DNA of 64,000 nucleotides from an uncultured Thermoleophilia bacterium (GTDB lineage Bacteria > Actinomycetota > Thermoleophilia > UBA2241): contig CAVPCT010000003.1 in NCBI GenBank assembly GCA_963702475.1, positions 224,001 through 288,000 on the forward strand, given 5' to 3'. Shown here piece by piece: positions 50,876 through 59,902 of this stretch. The notes below the pieces were generated by a model that had not been told where the DNA came from, ran no database searches, and saw only the letters and a program-made list of their open reading frames with translations. Each line of letters begins with the position of its first letter. Position 1 is the first letter of the stretch. A program made the translations under genes and the position numbers.

Positions 50876-53800
50876 GTGGTGGCCGGGACAACGGAGCGCA
50901 GACCAGGCAGCAGAAGCGCACGGGCCGCCACCCTGGCTCTGGCCGCCGTCGCCGTCGCCGTCGTGTCCCTGCTCGCGTGCGCCGGCGCCGCGCACGCCGC
51001 CGTGTGGGTCATCCCCGCCAGCGACCGGGCGTTCCCGGACACGCTACCCGGCCCCGCCGCCACCATCGCCATCGACGCCGCCCGCAACGAGTCCGAGGGC
51101 GCGCAGGTCGTGCTCGCCGGCGACGCGTCGCGCGAGGTCACGTTCTCCTGGGCCGACGGCAGCGACCCGCTGATCACCGGGAACACCCAGCTCCACCAGG
51201 TCTACTACGTGAACATCACGCAGCCGACCGACGGCCTGACCGCGGTGCCCGGCCTCTACCCCGACCCCCTCATCCCGAAGGCGTTCGGCACCCCGATCCC
51301 CGTGCCGTACTACACCACGTCCTTCTACCTGCGCACACACGTCCCACCCGACGCGGCACCCGGGGACCGCACCGCCACTCTCATCGTGCAGAACGGCGTG
51401 GAAGCCGTCGCCATCCCGTTCACCCTGCACGTGTGGCCGTTCGGCTGGCAGAAGCTGAGCACGCGGACCGGGTTCAACGTGAACCCGAATCACATCAAGC
51501 GGAGCGTCGCCGGCTCGTCGCTTGACTGGAACGACGCGAACGCCAGGCGACAGGTCATGCTGGCCACCTACACGATGCTGGCGCAGTACGGCATCAGCTC
51601 CCTCGCCCCTCTGGAGGAGCCCGACACCGCGGCCGACGGCTCCTTCGACGCCGCCGCGCTGCAGTCCGCCCTGGCGCCCTATCTCGACCAGGGCGGTCTG
51701 GGTCTGAACGCCACGCGCATCCCCTGGATACGCACCTCGCCCTGGGTCCAAGACAAGAACTACGGGCCGAGCAGCCCGCAGCTCATGAACTACCTCACCG
51801 AGGTGTGCGCGGTGTACAAGCGCAACGGCTGGCAGGACCAGGCGTACGCCTACATCATGGACGAGACCACCACGCGCGAGACCGAGAAGACGGCCGAGCT
51901 GTACGCGCGCACGCTGCACGCCGCCTCGGCCAGGTCCGGGTACCGCCTCGAGTTCCTGCTCACCGACGACCCGCGTCCCACCGACCTGGGCGGGGTCAAG
52001 CAGGCCAACACCTTTCTGTTCGACGACGTCGACATCTGGGGGGTGCGGTACTTCTACTTCTTCGGCCGCGTCCCGGCGCTGCAGCGCGAGAAGGCGGCCG
52101 GCAAGCAGGTCTGGTGGTACCCGTACTACAACGAGAAGGTCGCGAAGCTCCCCAACTTCGTGATCGAGAAGCCGAACACCGACCAGCGTGTCTGGGGCTG
52201 GCTCATGGAGCAGTGGGACGTGGACGGGCTGATCAACTGGGCGCTGAACCGCTGGGTGTCGGCGACGAGCTCGTCCACGTATCGCGACCCTTACCAGGAT
52301 CCGCTCACCTGGAAGACCGCGGCGCGCCAGGCGAACGGCGACAGCTCGCTGATCTACCCCGGCTACTACCCCGCCTACGGTCTCACCGACCCCTACGCCC
52401 CGCCGGTCTCGTCGCTGCGCCTCGAGGCCTTGCGAGACGGCCTGGAGGACCGCGAGTATCTCAAGTACGCGGAGCGATTGCCGGGCGGCTCGCAGGTGGT
52501 CGCTCGGCAGCTCGCCGCGATCACGCAGTTCCCGTATCCGATCGAGCAGAAGAACGTGTTCCGCTTCCCGCTCTACAGCGACGATCCCGCGGACTACGTG
52601 GCCGCGCGCCTCGAGGTGGGCAGGTTCATCGAGGTGACGCAGGCGGGGATGGGGCCCAAGAGGGGGATCGCGGGCGCCGCGGAGCCGGGGGCCACGGCGC
52701 GGGTCTCGCCGGCGCTCGTCTCGCCGGCTCCTGCCCGATGGGTGACGGCCGCCCGCGGCGCCGCTCCGGCGGCGCCGCCGCTGCTCGCGCTCCAGCGGGC
52801 GCGGCTGACCGGCGGGCAGCCCTCCGCCTATCAGCGACAGGGCGCCGCGGTGGCGCTCGACGGCGACACCGCGCTGGTGGCCGCCCCCGACGAGAGTGCG
52901 GCCGGGCGGCCCTACGCGGGCGCCGTGTCGGTCTTCGTGCGCTCGGCGGGCGGCTGGAGCCTGGCGGCCGAGCTCGTCGCCCCCGATCCCGCGTCGGGCG
53001 ACGGCTTCGGTTTCGCGGTGGCGCTCGACGGCGACACGGCCGTCGTCGGCGCCGAGAACCGCACGGTCGGAGGCAAGGAGCACGCCGGCGCGGCCTACGT
53101 CTTCGTGCGCTCCGGCGGCACCTGGTCGCTGCAGGCGGAGCTGACCGCCTCCGGCGCCGCCGTGAACGACTGGTCCGGGTCCTCCGTCGCGCTCGACGGC
53201 GACACGGTCATCGTTGGCGCCCCGGGCCGAACGGTCGGCGGCCGGCCCTACGCCGGCGCCGCCTACGTGTTCCAACGCTCGGGCGGGGTGTGGACCCAGC
53301 AAGCGGAGCTCACTGCGGCCGACGGCGCCTTCGGCGACGAGTTCGGCCGCGCCGTGGCGCTCTCCGGCGGCACGGCGCTGATCGGCGCCGAGAACCGCGA
53401 CGCCGGCGCCGTGGTCGATGCCGGCGCCGTGTACGTCTTCGCCGGCGCCGGCGCCGGCTGGTACGAGCAGACGCGGCTCGTCGCCCCCGACCCCAGCGCA
53501 CGCGCCGGGTTCGGTTCGGCGCTCGCCGTCTCCGGCGGCACGGCCCTCGTCGGCGCCGGCGGCGCCACCGCCGGCGGGCTGGTGAACTGCGGAGCGGCCT
53601 ACGTGTACACGACGTCCGGGTGGTCGCTGCAGGCGCAGCTCGCCGACCCGGGTCGGACGGCCGGCGACTGGTTCGGCTGCTCCGTCGCACTCGCCGGCGA
53701 CAGGCTCGTCGTCGGCGCCTGGGGCGCGACTGTGACCGGCAGGCTCGAGGCCGGCGCCGCGCACGTCTTCGACCGCGCCGGCGCCGGGTGGCGCCCGGTC

Positions 53801-54265
53801 GCCACCGTCGCGGCCGCCGACGCCGCCGACGGCGACACGCTCGGCTGGTCCGTCGCGGTCCAGGGCGACACCGTCATCGCCGGCGCGCCCGGCAGGACAC
53901 TCTCCGGCCGTCCGCTCGCGGGGGCGGCGTACGTGCACAAGCTCGTGCTCGCGCCGTCGCTCTCGCTCTCCGTGCGGCCCGAGACCGTCAAGGCCGGCCG
54001 CAGCGTGCTCCTCGACGGCATCGTCACCAACGCCGTCACTGGCGCGGAGTCCATCCAGATCTGGCGCAAGCAGGGGTCCAGGATGACGCTCCTCAAGACG
54101 CTGAAGACGGTGGCCGGAGGCGTCTTCTCGTGGTCCACGCGCCCGAAGCAGGCCGGCACCTGGGCGTTCGTCGCGACCTACAAGGCCGGAGGACAGACGT
54201 TCCGCAGTCCCACCGCGACCGTCACCGTGAAGGCCGTCAAGAAGGACAAGAAAGACCGTAAGTAG
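50876..54265 (+). CDS. Secreted multidomain protein: DUF4091/glycoside-hydrolase-like domain plus FG-GAP beta-propeller
   Basis: Signal peptide; AARNE.E..Q, YIMDE, VWWY, GD..LIYPG, SLRLEALRDGLED.EYL; about seven FG.SVALDGDT.VVGA...GAAYVF repeats. Confidence 0.8.
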   Translation: MVAGTTERRPGSRSARAATLALAAVAVAVVSLLACAGAAHAAVWVIPASDRAFPDTLPGPAATIAIDAARNESEGAQVVLAGDASREVTFSWADGSDPLITGNTQLHQVYYVNITQPTDGLTAVPGLYPDPLIPKAFGTPIPVPYYTTSFYLRTHVPPDAAPGDRTATLIVQNGVEAVAIPFTLHVWPFGWQKLSTRTGFNVNPNHIKRSVAGSSLDWNDANARRQVMLATYTMLAQYGISSLAPLEEPDTAADGSFDAAALQSALAPYLDQGGLGLNATRIPWIRTSPWVQDKNYGPSSPQLMNYLTEVCAVYKRNGWQDQAYAYIMDETTTRETEKTAELYARTLHAASARSGYRLEFLLTDDPRPTDLGGVKQANTFLFDDVDIWGVRYFYFFGRVPALQREKAAGKQVWWYPYYNEKVAKLPNFVIEKPNTDQRVWGWLMEQWDVDGLINWALNRWVSATSSSTYRDPYQDPLTWKTAARQANGDSSLIYPGYYPAYGLTDPYAPPVSSLRLEALRDGLEDREYLKYAERLPGGSQVVARQLAAITQFPYPIEQKNVFRFPLYSDDPADYVAARLEVGRFIEVTQAGMGPKRGIAGAAEPGATARVSPALVSPAPARWVTAARGAAPAAPPLLALQRARLTGGQPSAYQRQGAAVALDGDTALVAAPDESAAGRPYAGAVSVFVRSAGGWSLAAELVAPDPASGDGFGFAVALDGDTAVVGAENRTVGGKEHAGAAYVFVRSGGTWSLQAELTASGAAVNDWSGSSVALDGDTVIVGAPGRTVGGRPYAGAAYVFQRSGGVWTQQAELTAADGAFGDEFGRAVALSGGTALIGAENRDAGAVVDAGAVYVFAGAGAGWYEQTRLVAPDPSARAGFGSALAVSGGTALVGAGGATAGGLVNCGAAYVYTTSGWSLQAQLADPGRTAGDWFGCSVALAGDRLVVGAWGATVTGRLEAGAAHVFDRAGAGWRPVATVAAADAADGDTLGWSVAVQGDTVIAGAPGRTLSGRPLAGAAYVHKLVLAPSLSLSVRPETVKAGRSVLLDGIVTNAVTGAESIQIWRKQGSRMTLLKTLKTVAGGVFSWSTRPKQAGTWAFVATYKAGGQTFRSPTATVTVKAVKKDKKDRK

Positions 54266-54281
54266 CCGGACAGGAGGGACC

Positions 54282-55706
54282 GTGGCCCGACCGACCTTCA
54301 CCTACCTCGCCGAGGCGGACAAGGAGTTCATCCACGCGCAGACGGTGCGCATCCTCGAAGAGGTCGGGGTCGCGTACAACACGCCGACCCTGACCGGGGT
54401 GCTGCTGGAGGCCGGCGCCGACGTCGATGCGGAGAAGCTGACGGCCAAGCTCCCGTGGGCGCTCGTGGAGCGGTGCCTCGGTACCGTGCCGCCCACCGTG
54501 CTGCTCGCCGGGCGCGACGCGGCCTACGACTGTGTGGTCGGCGGCGAGCAGGGCATCCTGTACACGTCCGACGGCGCGGCGACCTACATGCTCGACGACC
54601 TCACCGGCGAGCGGCACGCGGGCACCCGGGCGGACCTCGCCCAGATGACGCGCCTGTACGACGCCGTGCCCGAGATCGACTTCGTGTGGGCGACCATCAC
54701 ACCGGGCGACGTGGACGCGCGCGCCGGCAACCTCGAGATGGCGCGCATCACCTTCGACAACTGCCGCAAACACCTGCAGGACGAGGTGCGGCATCCCGAC
54801 CAGGCGCCGGTGTTCGTCGACATGCTGGAGGCCATCGCCGGCGCTCCGCTCAAGGAGCGGCCCATCTGGTCGGCGACCAACTGCACCATCGCGCCGCTTC
54901 AGCACGACGCGGAGATGACCGAGGCGCACATCCTGATGGCTCAGGCCGGCTGCCCGGTGTTCGTGCTGCCCATGCCGCAGATGGGAACGACAGGACCGAT
55001 GAGCGTGCTCGGCACGAGCATCCTGAACATGGCCGAACTGCTGAGCGCCGTGGTGCTGTTCCAGCTCGCGGCGCCGGGCTGCGGGATGGTCTCGGCGGTC
55101 GGCTCCGCCGTCGCCGAGATGCGCAGCGGCCTGTACCTCTCGGGGGCGCCCGAGGATGCGCTCATCAACGTGATCTGCATCGAGATGAGCAAGCGGTACG
55201 GGCTGCTCACGCAAGGCAGCGCCGTGAGCTGCGACGCCAAGGCCTGCAACCACCAGGCCGGTGTGGAGGGCGCCCTGACCGGGCTGGCGACGGCGCTGGC
55301 CGGCGCCGACGTGATGCTCGCCTTCGGCCTGCTCGACAGCGCGCAGACGGCCAGCTTGGCCAAGACGGTGCTCGACGCCGACACCGTGAACGCCATCGAG
55401 CGGTTCCTGCGCGAGGAGCCGGTGGACGAGGCCCGCGCGCTGGTGGACGACATCGTCGAGGTCGGCATCGGTGGTCACTTCCTGGCGCGCCGCAGCACGC
55501 GGCAGTTCACGCGCGCCGGGGAGCTCTGGCAGCCGAACCTCTGGCAGCGCGGGCCCTACGAGCAGTACGTGGGGACGCCGCTCGTCAAGGAGGCCTGGGA
55601 TAGGGCCCACGAGCTTGTCGAGCAGAACGACGTGCCGCCGCTCCCCGACGACCTGCGGCGACACTGCGACGAGCTGATCGCGGGCTATCTGGCGCGGAAG
55701 GGGTGA
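54282..55706 (+). CDS. MttB-superfamily (trimethylamine/quaternary amine) corrinoid methyltransferase, non-pyrrolysine
   Basis: IH..TVRILEEVGV, PLQHD, MGTTGPMS..G....AELLS, DAK...QAG.E, G.GGHFL; no in-frame TAG. Confidence 0.85.
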   Translation: MARPTFTYLAEADKEFIHAQTVRILEEVGVAYNTPTLTGVLLEAGADVDAEKLTAKLPWALVERCLGTVPPTVLLAGRDAAYDCVVGGEQGILYTSDGAATYMLDDLTGERHAGTRADLAQMTRLYDAVPEIDFVWATITPGDVDARAGNLEMARITFDNCRKHLQDEVRHPDQAPVFVDMLEAIAGAPLKERPIWSATNCTIAPLQHDAEMTEAHILMAQAGCPVFVLPMPQMGTTGPMSVLGTSILNMAELLSAVVLFQLAAPGCGMVSAVGSAVAEMRSGLYLSGAPEDALINVICIEMSKRYGLLTQGSAVSCDAKACNHQAGVEGALTGLATALAGADVMLAFGLLDSAQTASLAKTVLDADTVNAIERFLREEPVDEARALVDDIVEVGIGGHFLARRSTRQFTRAGELWQPNLWQRGPYEQYVGTPLVKEAWDRAHELVEQNDVPPLPDDLRRHCDELIAGYLARKG

Positions 55707-55749
55707 CCTGTGCCGCGCCGCCGGTTCACGCCGCGCCGCGAGCGCGAGT

Positions 55750-56106
55750 CTAGCGATGAGGGTCCGGGAGGCTCAGGGCGTGGCACAGAGCCGCGTCGAC
55801 CCGGCTCATCACCTGGGCGTCTGCAACGCCCATGAGCCTCAGCAGCCGACTCTTATCGACCGTGTAGAGCTGTGAGCAGTGCGCCCACGAGCGCTTCGGG
55901 AGTCCGGTGCCAGCGAGGTCGACGAGGAACGGGTACGGCTTGCGCGGCCCCCTCGACGTGACCGCCACGACGACGGTGGTCGGCCCGGCGGCATTGCCGA
56001 TGTCGTTCTGGACGACCAGCCCAGGTCGAACTCCCGCTTGCTCGCTCCCGCGCGCGGGGTTGAAGTCGACCTCGTAGATCTCGCCCCTGCGGGGTGCGGT
56101 CACCAT
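55750..56106 (-). CDS. mazF: MazF/PemK-family toxin
   Basis: RRGEIYEVDFNPARGSEQAGVRPGLVVQNDIGN; QLYTVDKSRL. Confidence 0.9.
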   Translation of the reverse strand: MVTAPRRGEIYEVDFNPARGSEQAGVRPGLVVQNDIGNAAGPTTVVVAVTSRGPRKPYPFLVDLAGTGLPKRSWAHCSQLYTVDKSRLLRLMGVADAQVMSRVDAALCHALSLPDPHR

Positions 56107-56336
56107 TCGGGCAGCGTCTCGAGCGCCGCGGGCAGTGACCCCTCGGCCAGTGCGAGCCACTCCACGGCCATCTCCCGGTAGCCCTCTTCCATCAGGGCTG
56201 CCGTCTCCTGATCTCGAAGGCACGCGACGGCTTGCACGATGACCTGGGTCTTCGATTCGTTGCGCTCGGAAGACCGGGTCTCCAGGTAGTCGATCACCCA
56301 CTGGGGAAGACGGAAGTTCACAGGCTTGTTGGGCAT
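56100..56336 (-). CDS. Ribbon-helix-helix antitoxin
   Basis: VNFRLP...SKTQVI; MEEGYREMA; overlaps the toxin start. Confidence 0.75.
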   Translation of the reverse strand: MPNKPVNFRLPQWVIDYLETRSSERNESKTQVIVQAVACLRDQETAALMEEGYREMAVEWLALAEGSLPAALETLPEW

Positions 56337-56541
56337 GGCTGAGGCCACGGGGCGACTCCTCGCGCGGCTGGTGACTGCGTGCCGGAGCGTACTCTCACGC
56401 AAGGTAGTTCGCAAGACGCTACGTCAACCGCATATGCACTACGTGCACGGGCAACGCCTGCACGCGCGTTCCGCAGTATGCGACCCCGCGTAGTCTGTCG
56501 TGATCTCCTCGAAGCGGGCACTGGTCGCGTAGCCTGGCTCA

Positions 56542-56751
56542 TGTAGCGTCGCTCGGCTTCGGCAGATCCACTTCCTGTGGCGTCCGCTCCTGCGAGACGC
56601 AGAGGATGACCATGTGCTTGAGCTGGCCGTCGAAGCGGGCTGCGACGCCATCGTCACGCATAATACAAGGCACTTCGAGGCCGCCGCGCGCTTCGGCATC
56701 AGCGCCGTCACGCCGGGCGAGTTCCTGCGGAGTATCGGAGGTCCGGCATGA
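56542..56751 (+). pseudogene. 5'-truncated PIN-domain toxin
   Basis: FLWRPLLRDAEDDHVLELAV..GCDAIVTHNTRHF...TPGEFL*; in-frame TAG just upstream. Confidence 0.7.
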
Positions 56752-56981
56752 GCACCATCAGCCTTCGTCTTCCCGAGTCGTTGCACCGCAAGGTGCGCGA
56801 GGTCGCCAAGGAGGAGCATGTCTCCGTGAACCAGTTCATCAGCACCGCATTGGCGGAGAAGCTCTCCGCCCTCATGACCCTCGAGTACCTGGAAGAGCGT
56901 GCGGCACGCGGCGACCGGGAGCGCTTCGAGCGGGCGATGGGCAGAGTGCGCGACGTGGAGGCTGACGGGGACGACGCCTGA
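56748..56981 (+). CDS. HicB-like/RHH antitoxin
   Basis: MSTISLRLPESLH......A..E.VSVNQFI..ALAEK; ATGA overlap with the PIN remnant. Confidence 0.82.
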   Translation: MSTISLRLPESLHRKVREVAKEEHVSVNQFISTALAEKLSALMTLEYLEERAARGDRERFERAMGRVRDVEADGDDA

Positions 56982-57061
56982 GCGGCAGCCCTCTTCGCTG
57001 CGCGCCACGATCGCACGACCCTGAACACAGGCCGCACACGACAGGCCATGCGTGCAGGCCC

Positions 57062-57137
57062 TGGTGGGCCGCACAGGGATCGAACCTGTGACCTTGGGAT
57101 TAAAAGTCCCCTGCTCTACCAACTGAGCTAGCGGCCC
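57062..57137 (-). tRNA. tRNA-Lys(TTT)
   Basis: 76-nt cloverleaf GGGCCGC...GCGGCCC-ACCA; anticodon loop CTTTTAA; GGTTCGATCC. Confidence 0.96.
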
Positions 57138-57205
57138 GCCGGGCAGCGATTGTACCACCGCCCCGCCTATGTCCGGACCGGCGGGGCGGGTCGATCGTCC
57201 GACGG

Positions 57206-57673
57206 TCAGCCGAGCGGCGTCTTGATCACCTTGACGTCCCTGACGCCGACCCTTCCCACTCCGTCGATCACCAAGTTCAACTTGACCAAGTCGGCGCGCT
57301 GGCCTTTCTTGAGATGGAACGGCGTCTCGTAGGCGGCCCAGTCGATCGTGCCGCGCACCGCCTGATCGAGGCCCCTCGAGAAGAACTCACCGCGTCCGGG
57401 CAGGCGGCACCACATCTCCAGGTACGCGCGCCCGCTGAGCCCTTGGCTCATCAGCTTCGCCCTGTAGGTCAGACGGCACTGGTCGACCTCGGGGACCGTG
57501 AGCTCGAAGAGGCGCACGGTCTGCTTGCCCTGGGAATCGACCAGCCAGCAGTCGCCCTCCACTGCCACACCCTCCTGCGACAGCGTCGGGTCGCATGTGT
57601 GGAACGCGCGGATCACCTCCTCCGGACCAGCGGGTTCGGGAACCTTACTTCTCGACGTGAACCAGCCGCTCAT
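57206..57673 (-). CDS. Hypothetical beta-rich protein
   Basis: GGAGG RBS; 155-aa ORF with YLEMWC..PG.GEFFSRG segment. Confidence 0.6.
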   Translation of the reverse strand: MSGWFTSRSKVPEPAGPEEVIRAFHTCDPTLSQEGVAVEGDCWLVDSQGKQTVRLFELTVPEVDQCRLTYRAKLMSQGLSGRAYLEMWCRLPGRGEFFSRGLDQAVRGTIDWAAYETPFHLKKGQRADLVKLNLVIDGVGRVGVRDVKVIKTPLG

Positions 57674-57810
57674 CTTCCGCCTCCCGTCGCATCGCGATGC
57701 ATCCCGATGGAAGCTGTATCGGCAGGTCGCTCGCGGCTCGGCACGGTGTGACTGTTGTGGGCGCCGCTGCGACGCTCCCGGTACCTTGACGACACCCAGC
57801 GACGGGTAAG

Positions 57811-58461
57811 GTGGCGGTGGGCGGGGGCTCGCCCATGGACACGGCCGAGTCTATTGGCGTGGTGGTTCGCCACGGTGGGTCCATCGCGCGGTACGAGTGG
57901 GGTCACGACCCGATCACGCAGCGCATCTGGCCGCTGGTCGCAGTGCCCACGACGGCAGGGACCGTGAGCGAGGTGACCTTATGGGCCGTGGTCACCGACC
58001 CCGGCTGCCGCATCAAGTTCAACGCCGGCGGCACTCCGCTCATCGGCCCGCACGAGGCGTTGGTCGCCCCCGAGTTGATGCTGGGGCTGCAGCCGGCGAT
58101 CACCGCTCGGACGACTCTTCTCATCGCAGTGGTACTGGCGCTGCCGTATCTCGTCGTAGGCATCTTCTCCGACGGGCTTCACGCCGGCCGGCTCGTGCAG
58201 GGCGGCATCGTGCTGCTGGTACTGGCCGGAGCGGCTGCGGCGTTCATGGCGGTGAAGGGCCGCCGCTTGGACGAAACGCAGGACGAACGCCAGGACTTCA
58301 TCCTGGGTAAGGCCATGCGACTCTCGTTCTGGGTGTGGAGCCGTAGTGTCCTGAGGGCGGCGACCCTCAGCGTGGCGTCCAGGGTCAGCGTCGAGACAGG
58401 TCGAGGGTGGCCTTGCGGCGGGGTCGTGAGCGTACTTGTCTGGGTCTCAACGACAGCGTGA
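57811..58461 (+). CDS. Hypothetical membrane protein, possibly chimeric or degenerate
   Basis: Two TM helices followed by DER...I..KA (DUF2178-like). Confidence 0.35.
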   Translation: MAVGGGSPMDTAESIGVVVRHGGSIARYEWGHDPITQRIWPLVAVPTTAGTVSEVTLWAVVTDPGCRIKFNAGGTPLIGPHEALVAPELMLGLQPAITARTTLLIAVVLALPYLVVGIFSDGLHAGRLVQGGIVLLVLAGAAAAFMAVKGRRLDETQDERQDFILGKAMRLSFWVWSRSVLRAATLSVASRVSVETGRGWPCGGVVSVLVWVSTTA

Positions 58462-58483
58462 GAGAATCCGGGTCCCGAAGCCC

Positions 58484-58612
58484 TTGCGCCCTTCGGTGAG
58501 AGGCGTATGATGCGCCTACCTCACGTCGCGAAGGTTCGCTGGACCGGCACTGAGGCGCTCGGGTGAGAGGCCCGAAAGAGCCGCCCGCCGCAAGGTGTGG
58601 CGGCTCTTTTTT
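58484..58612 (+). ncRNA. Candidate structured small RNA with promoter and terminator
   Basis: TTGCGC-16bp-TATGAT, nested stems, TCGGG-tgagagg-CCCGA hairpin, terminator. Confidence 0.4.
58575..58612 (+). terminator. Intrinsic terminator, possibly bidirectional
   Basis: AAAGAGCCGCCcgcc-gcaa-ggtgtGGCGGCTCTTTTTT. Confidence 0.8.
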
Positions 58613-58648
58613 CGCCCGGCGGCGCGAGCGCGAACGCTCAGCGCGTCG

Positions 58649-59902
58649 TCAGCCCGTCCAGTCGGCGCGCGAGAGCGCGAACAGCACCTGGTCGTCGCGC
58701 GGTGGCAGGCCGTCGTGGGCGTCGGGCTCGACACGGCCGTCGCGCCCCTTGCCGGGTTCGGCCGGGAGGTAGCCGCGGAGCAGGCCCTCGCGGCGGAACC
58801 CGGCCTTGAGAGCGAGGGCCTGGGACGCCGCGTTGCCGGGGTACGTCATGATCTCGAGGCGCTCCAGGCCGACGACTTGGAAGCCCCAGTACACCACGAG
58901 CCTGACGGCGGCCTCGGCTACGCCCTGGCGCCTGACCTCGGGCGTCATCCAGTAGCCGATCTCGCCGGCCTGGCGGGCCGGGTACAGGTCCAGGCTGATG
59001 CTGCCGAGCAGGCGGCCGACCGGAGCCGCTTCGCCGCCGGGTGCGGCGCCGCTCGGGATGCCGCCGGCTGTGCCACCGGCGGCCTCGGGGGCGGCTTCGT
59101 CGCCCGGCGCCTCGGCGACTGCCAGCCGCGCCCGCGTGCCGGCGGCCAGGCAGCGCCACGAGTCGGCGATGAACGCCTCGGCGTCGGCGAGGCTGTACTC
59201 GAGCGGGACGCCGTAGATCCAGTGGGCGATGGCCGGGTCCAGGCAGGCGGCGCGGACGGCAGGGACGTCCGCCGCCTCGAACGGCCGCACCAGGACCCTG
59301 CCGTCGGTGAGCCGCGCCGCACCGAACGGCGCAGGCCGCGGCTCGCGCGGATCGGTGCGCGTCATGCCGAGGAGCACGTCGTCGCTGCGGCGGCCGCGGA
59401 CCGCGAGGTACCCGCGCATCACGCCCTCGCGGCGGAAGCCGGCCGCCGCGGCCACCCGCTGCGAGCCGATGTTGTCCACGTCGGTGGTCAGCTCGAGTCG
59501 CTCCAGCTCGAGCTCGTCGAAGGCCCAATCCCTGACGAGGCGCACGGCGGCGCTCATCACACCCTGGCCCCGCGCCCACGGCGCGCACCAGTAGCCGATC
59601 TCCCCGGCTTGGCGCACAGCGGCGACGTCGAGCGAGATCATCGCCAGCGGCGCGTCGTCCCCCGCGTTGACGACCGTCCAGTTGGCGATGAGCTCGCGGT
59701 CCCAGAAGTGCTCGTTGTACGCGAGGAACTCCATGAAGTCGCTCTCGTCGTACGGGAACGGCACGCGGTAGCAGAAGCGCTCGACGAGGCCGTCGTTGCA
59801 GGCCTTCACGACGGCCGCCTTGTCCGACGCGCGCAGACGTCGCAGGCGGATACGCCCGTCGCTCAGCTCGGGCGGGTGCGTGATGTCGCCCAGGTCCTTC
59901 AG
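58649..59902 (-). CDS. Tandem two-domain RimJ/RimL GNAT acetyltransferase (start inferred)
   Basis: Two copies of L.DGR...R, GEIGYW...RG/QG, LERLE, N..SQ..A..AGFRREG..RGYL. Confidence 0.82.
   Translation of the reverse strand: MKDLGDITHPPELSDGRIRLRRLRASDKAAVVKACNDGLVERFCYRVPFPYDESDFMEFLAYNEHFWDRELIANWTVVNAGDDAPLAMISLDVAAVRQAGEIGYWCAPWARGQGVMSAAVRLVRDWAFDELELERLELTTDVDNIGSQRVAAAAGFRREGVMRGYLAVRGRRSDDVLLGMTRTDPREPRPAPFGAARLTDGRVLVRPFEAADVPAVRAACLDPAIAHWIYGVPLEYSLADAEAFIADSWRCLAAGTRARLAVAEAPGDEAAPEAAGGTAGGIPSGAAPGGEAAPVGRLLGSISLDLYPARQAGEIGYWMTPEVRRQGVAEAAVRLVVYWGFQVVGLERLEIMTYPGNAASQALALKAGFRREGLLRGYLPAEPGKGRDGRVEPDAHDGLPPRDDQVLFALSRADWTG

Noticed and set aside
52800-53940. Long DNA repeats suggesting a mobile or array element
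   Set aside because: They are explained by FG-GAP protein repeats within one ORF.
51044-54301. Very long antisense and alternate-frame ORFs (also 11466-13862, 6695-8692, 48886-50553)
   Set aside because: Shadow ORFs caused by high GC; they overlap well-supported genes and have no motifs.
54282-55706. Pyrrolysine-containing MttB
   Set aside because: The ORF is continuous with no in-frame amber codon.
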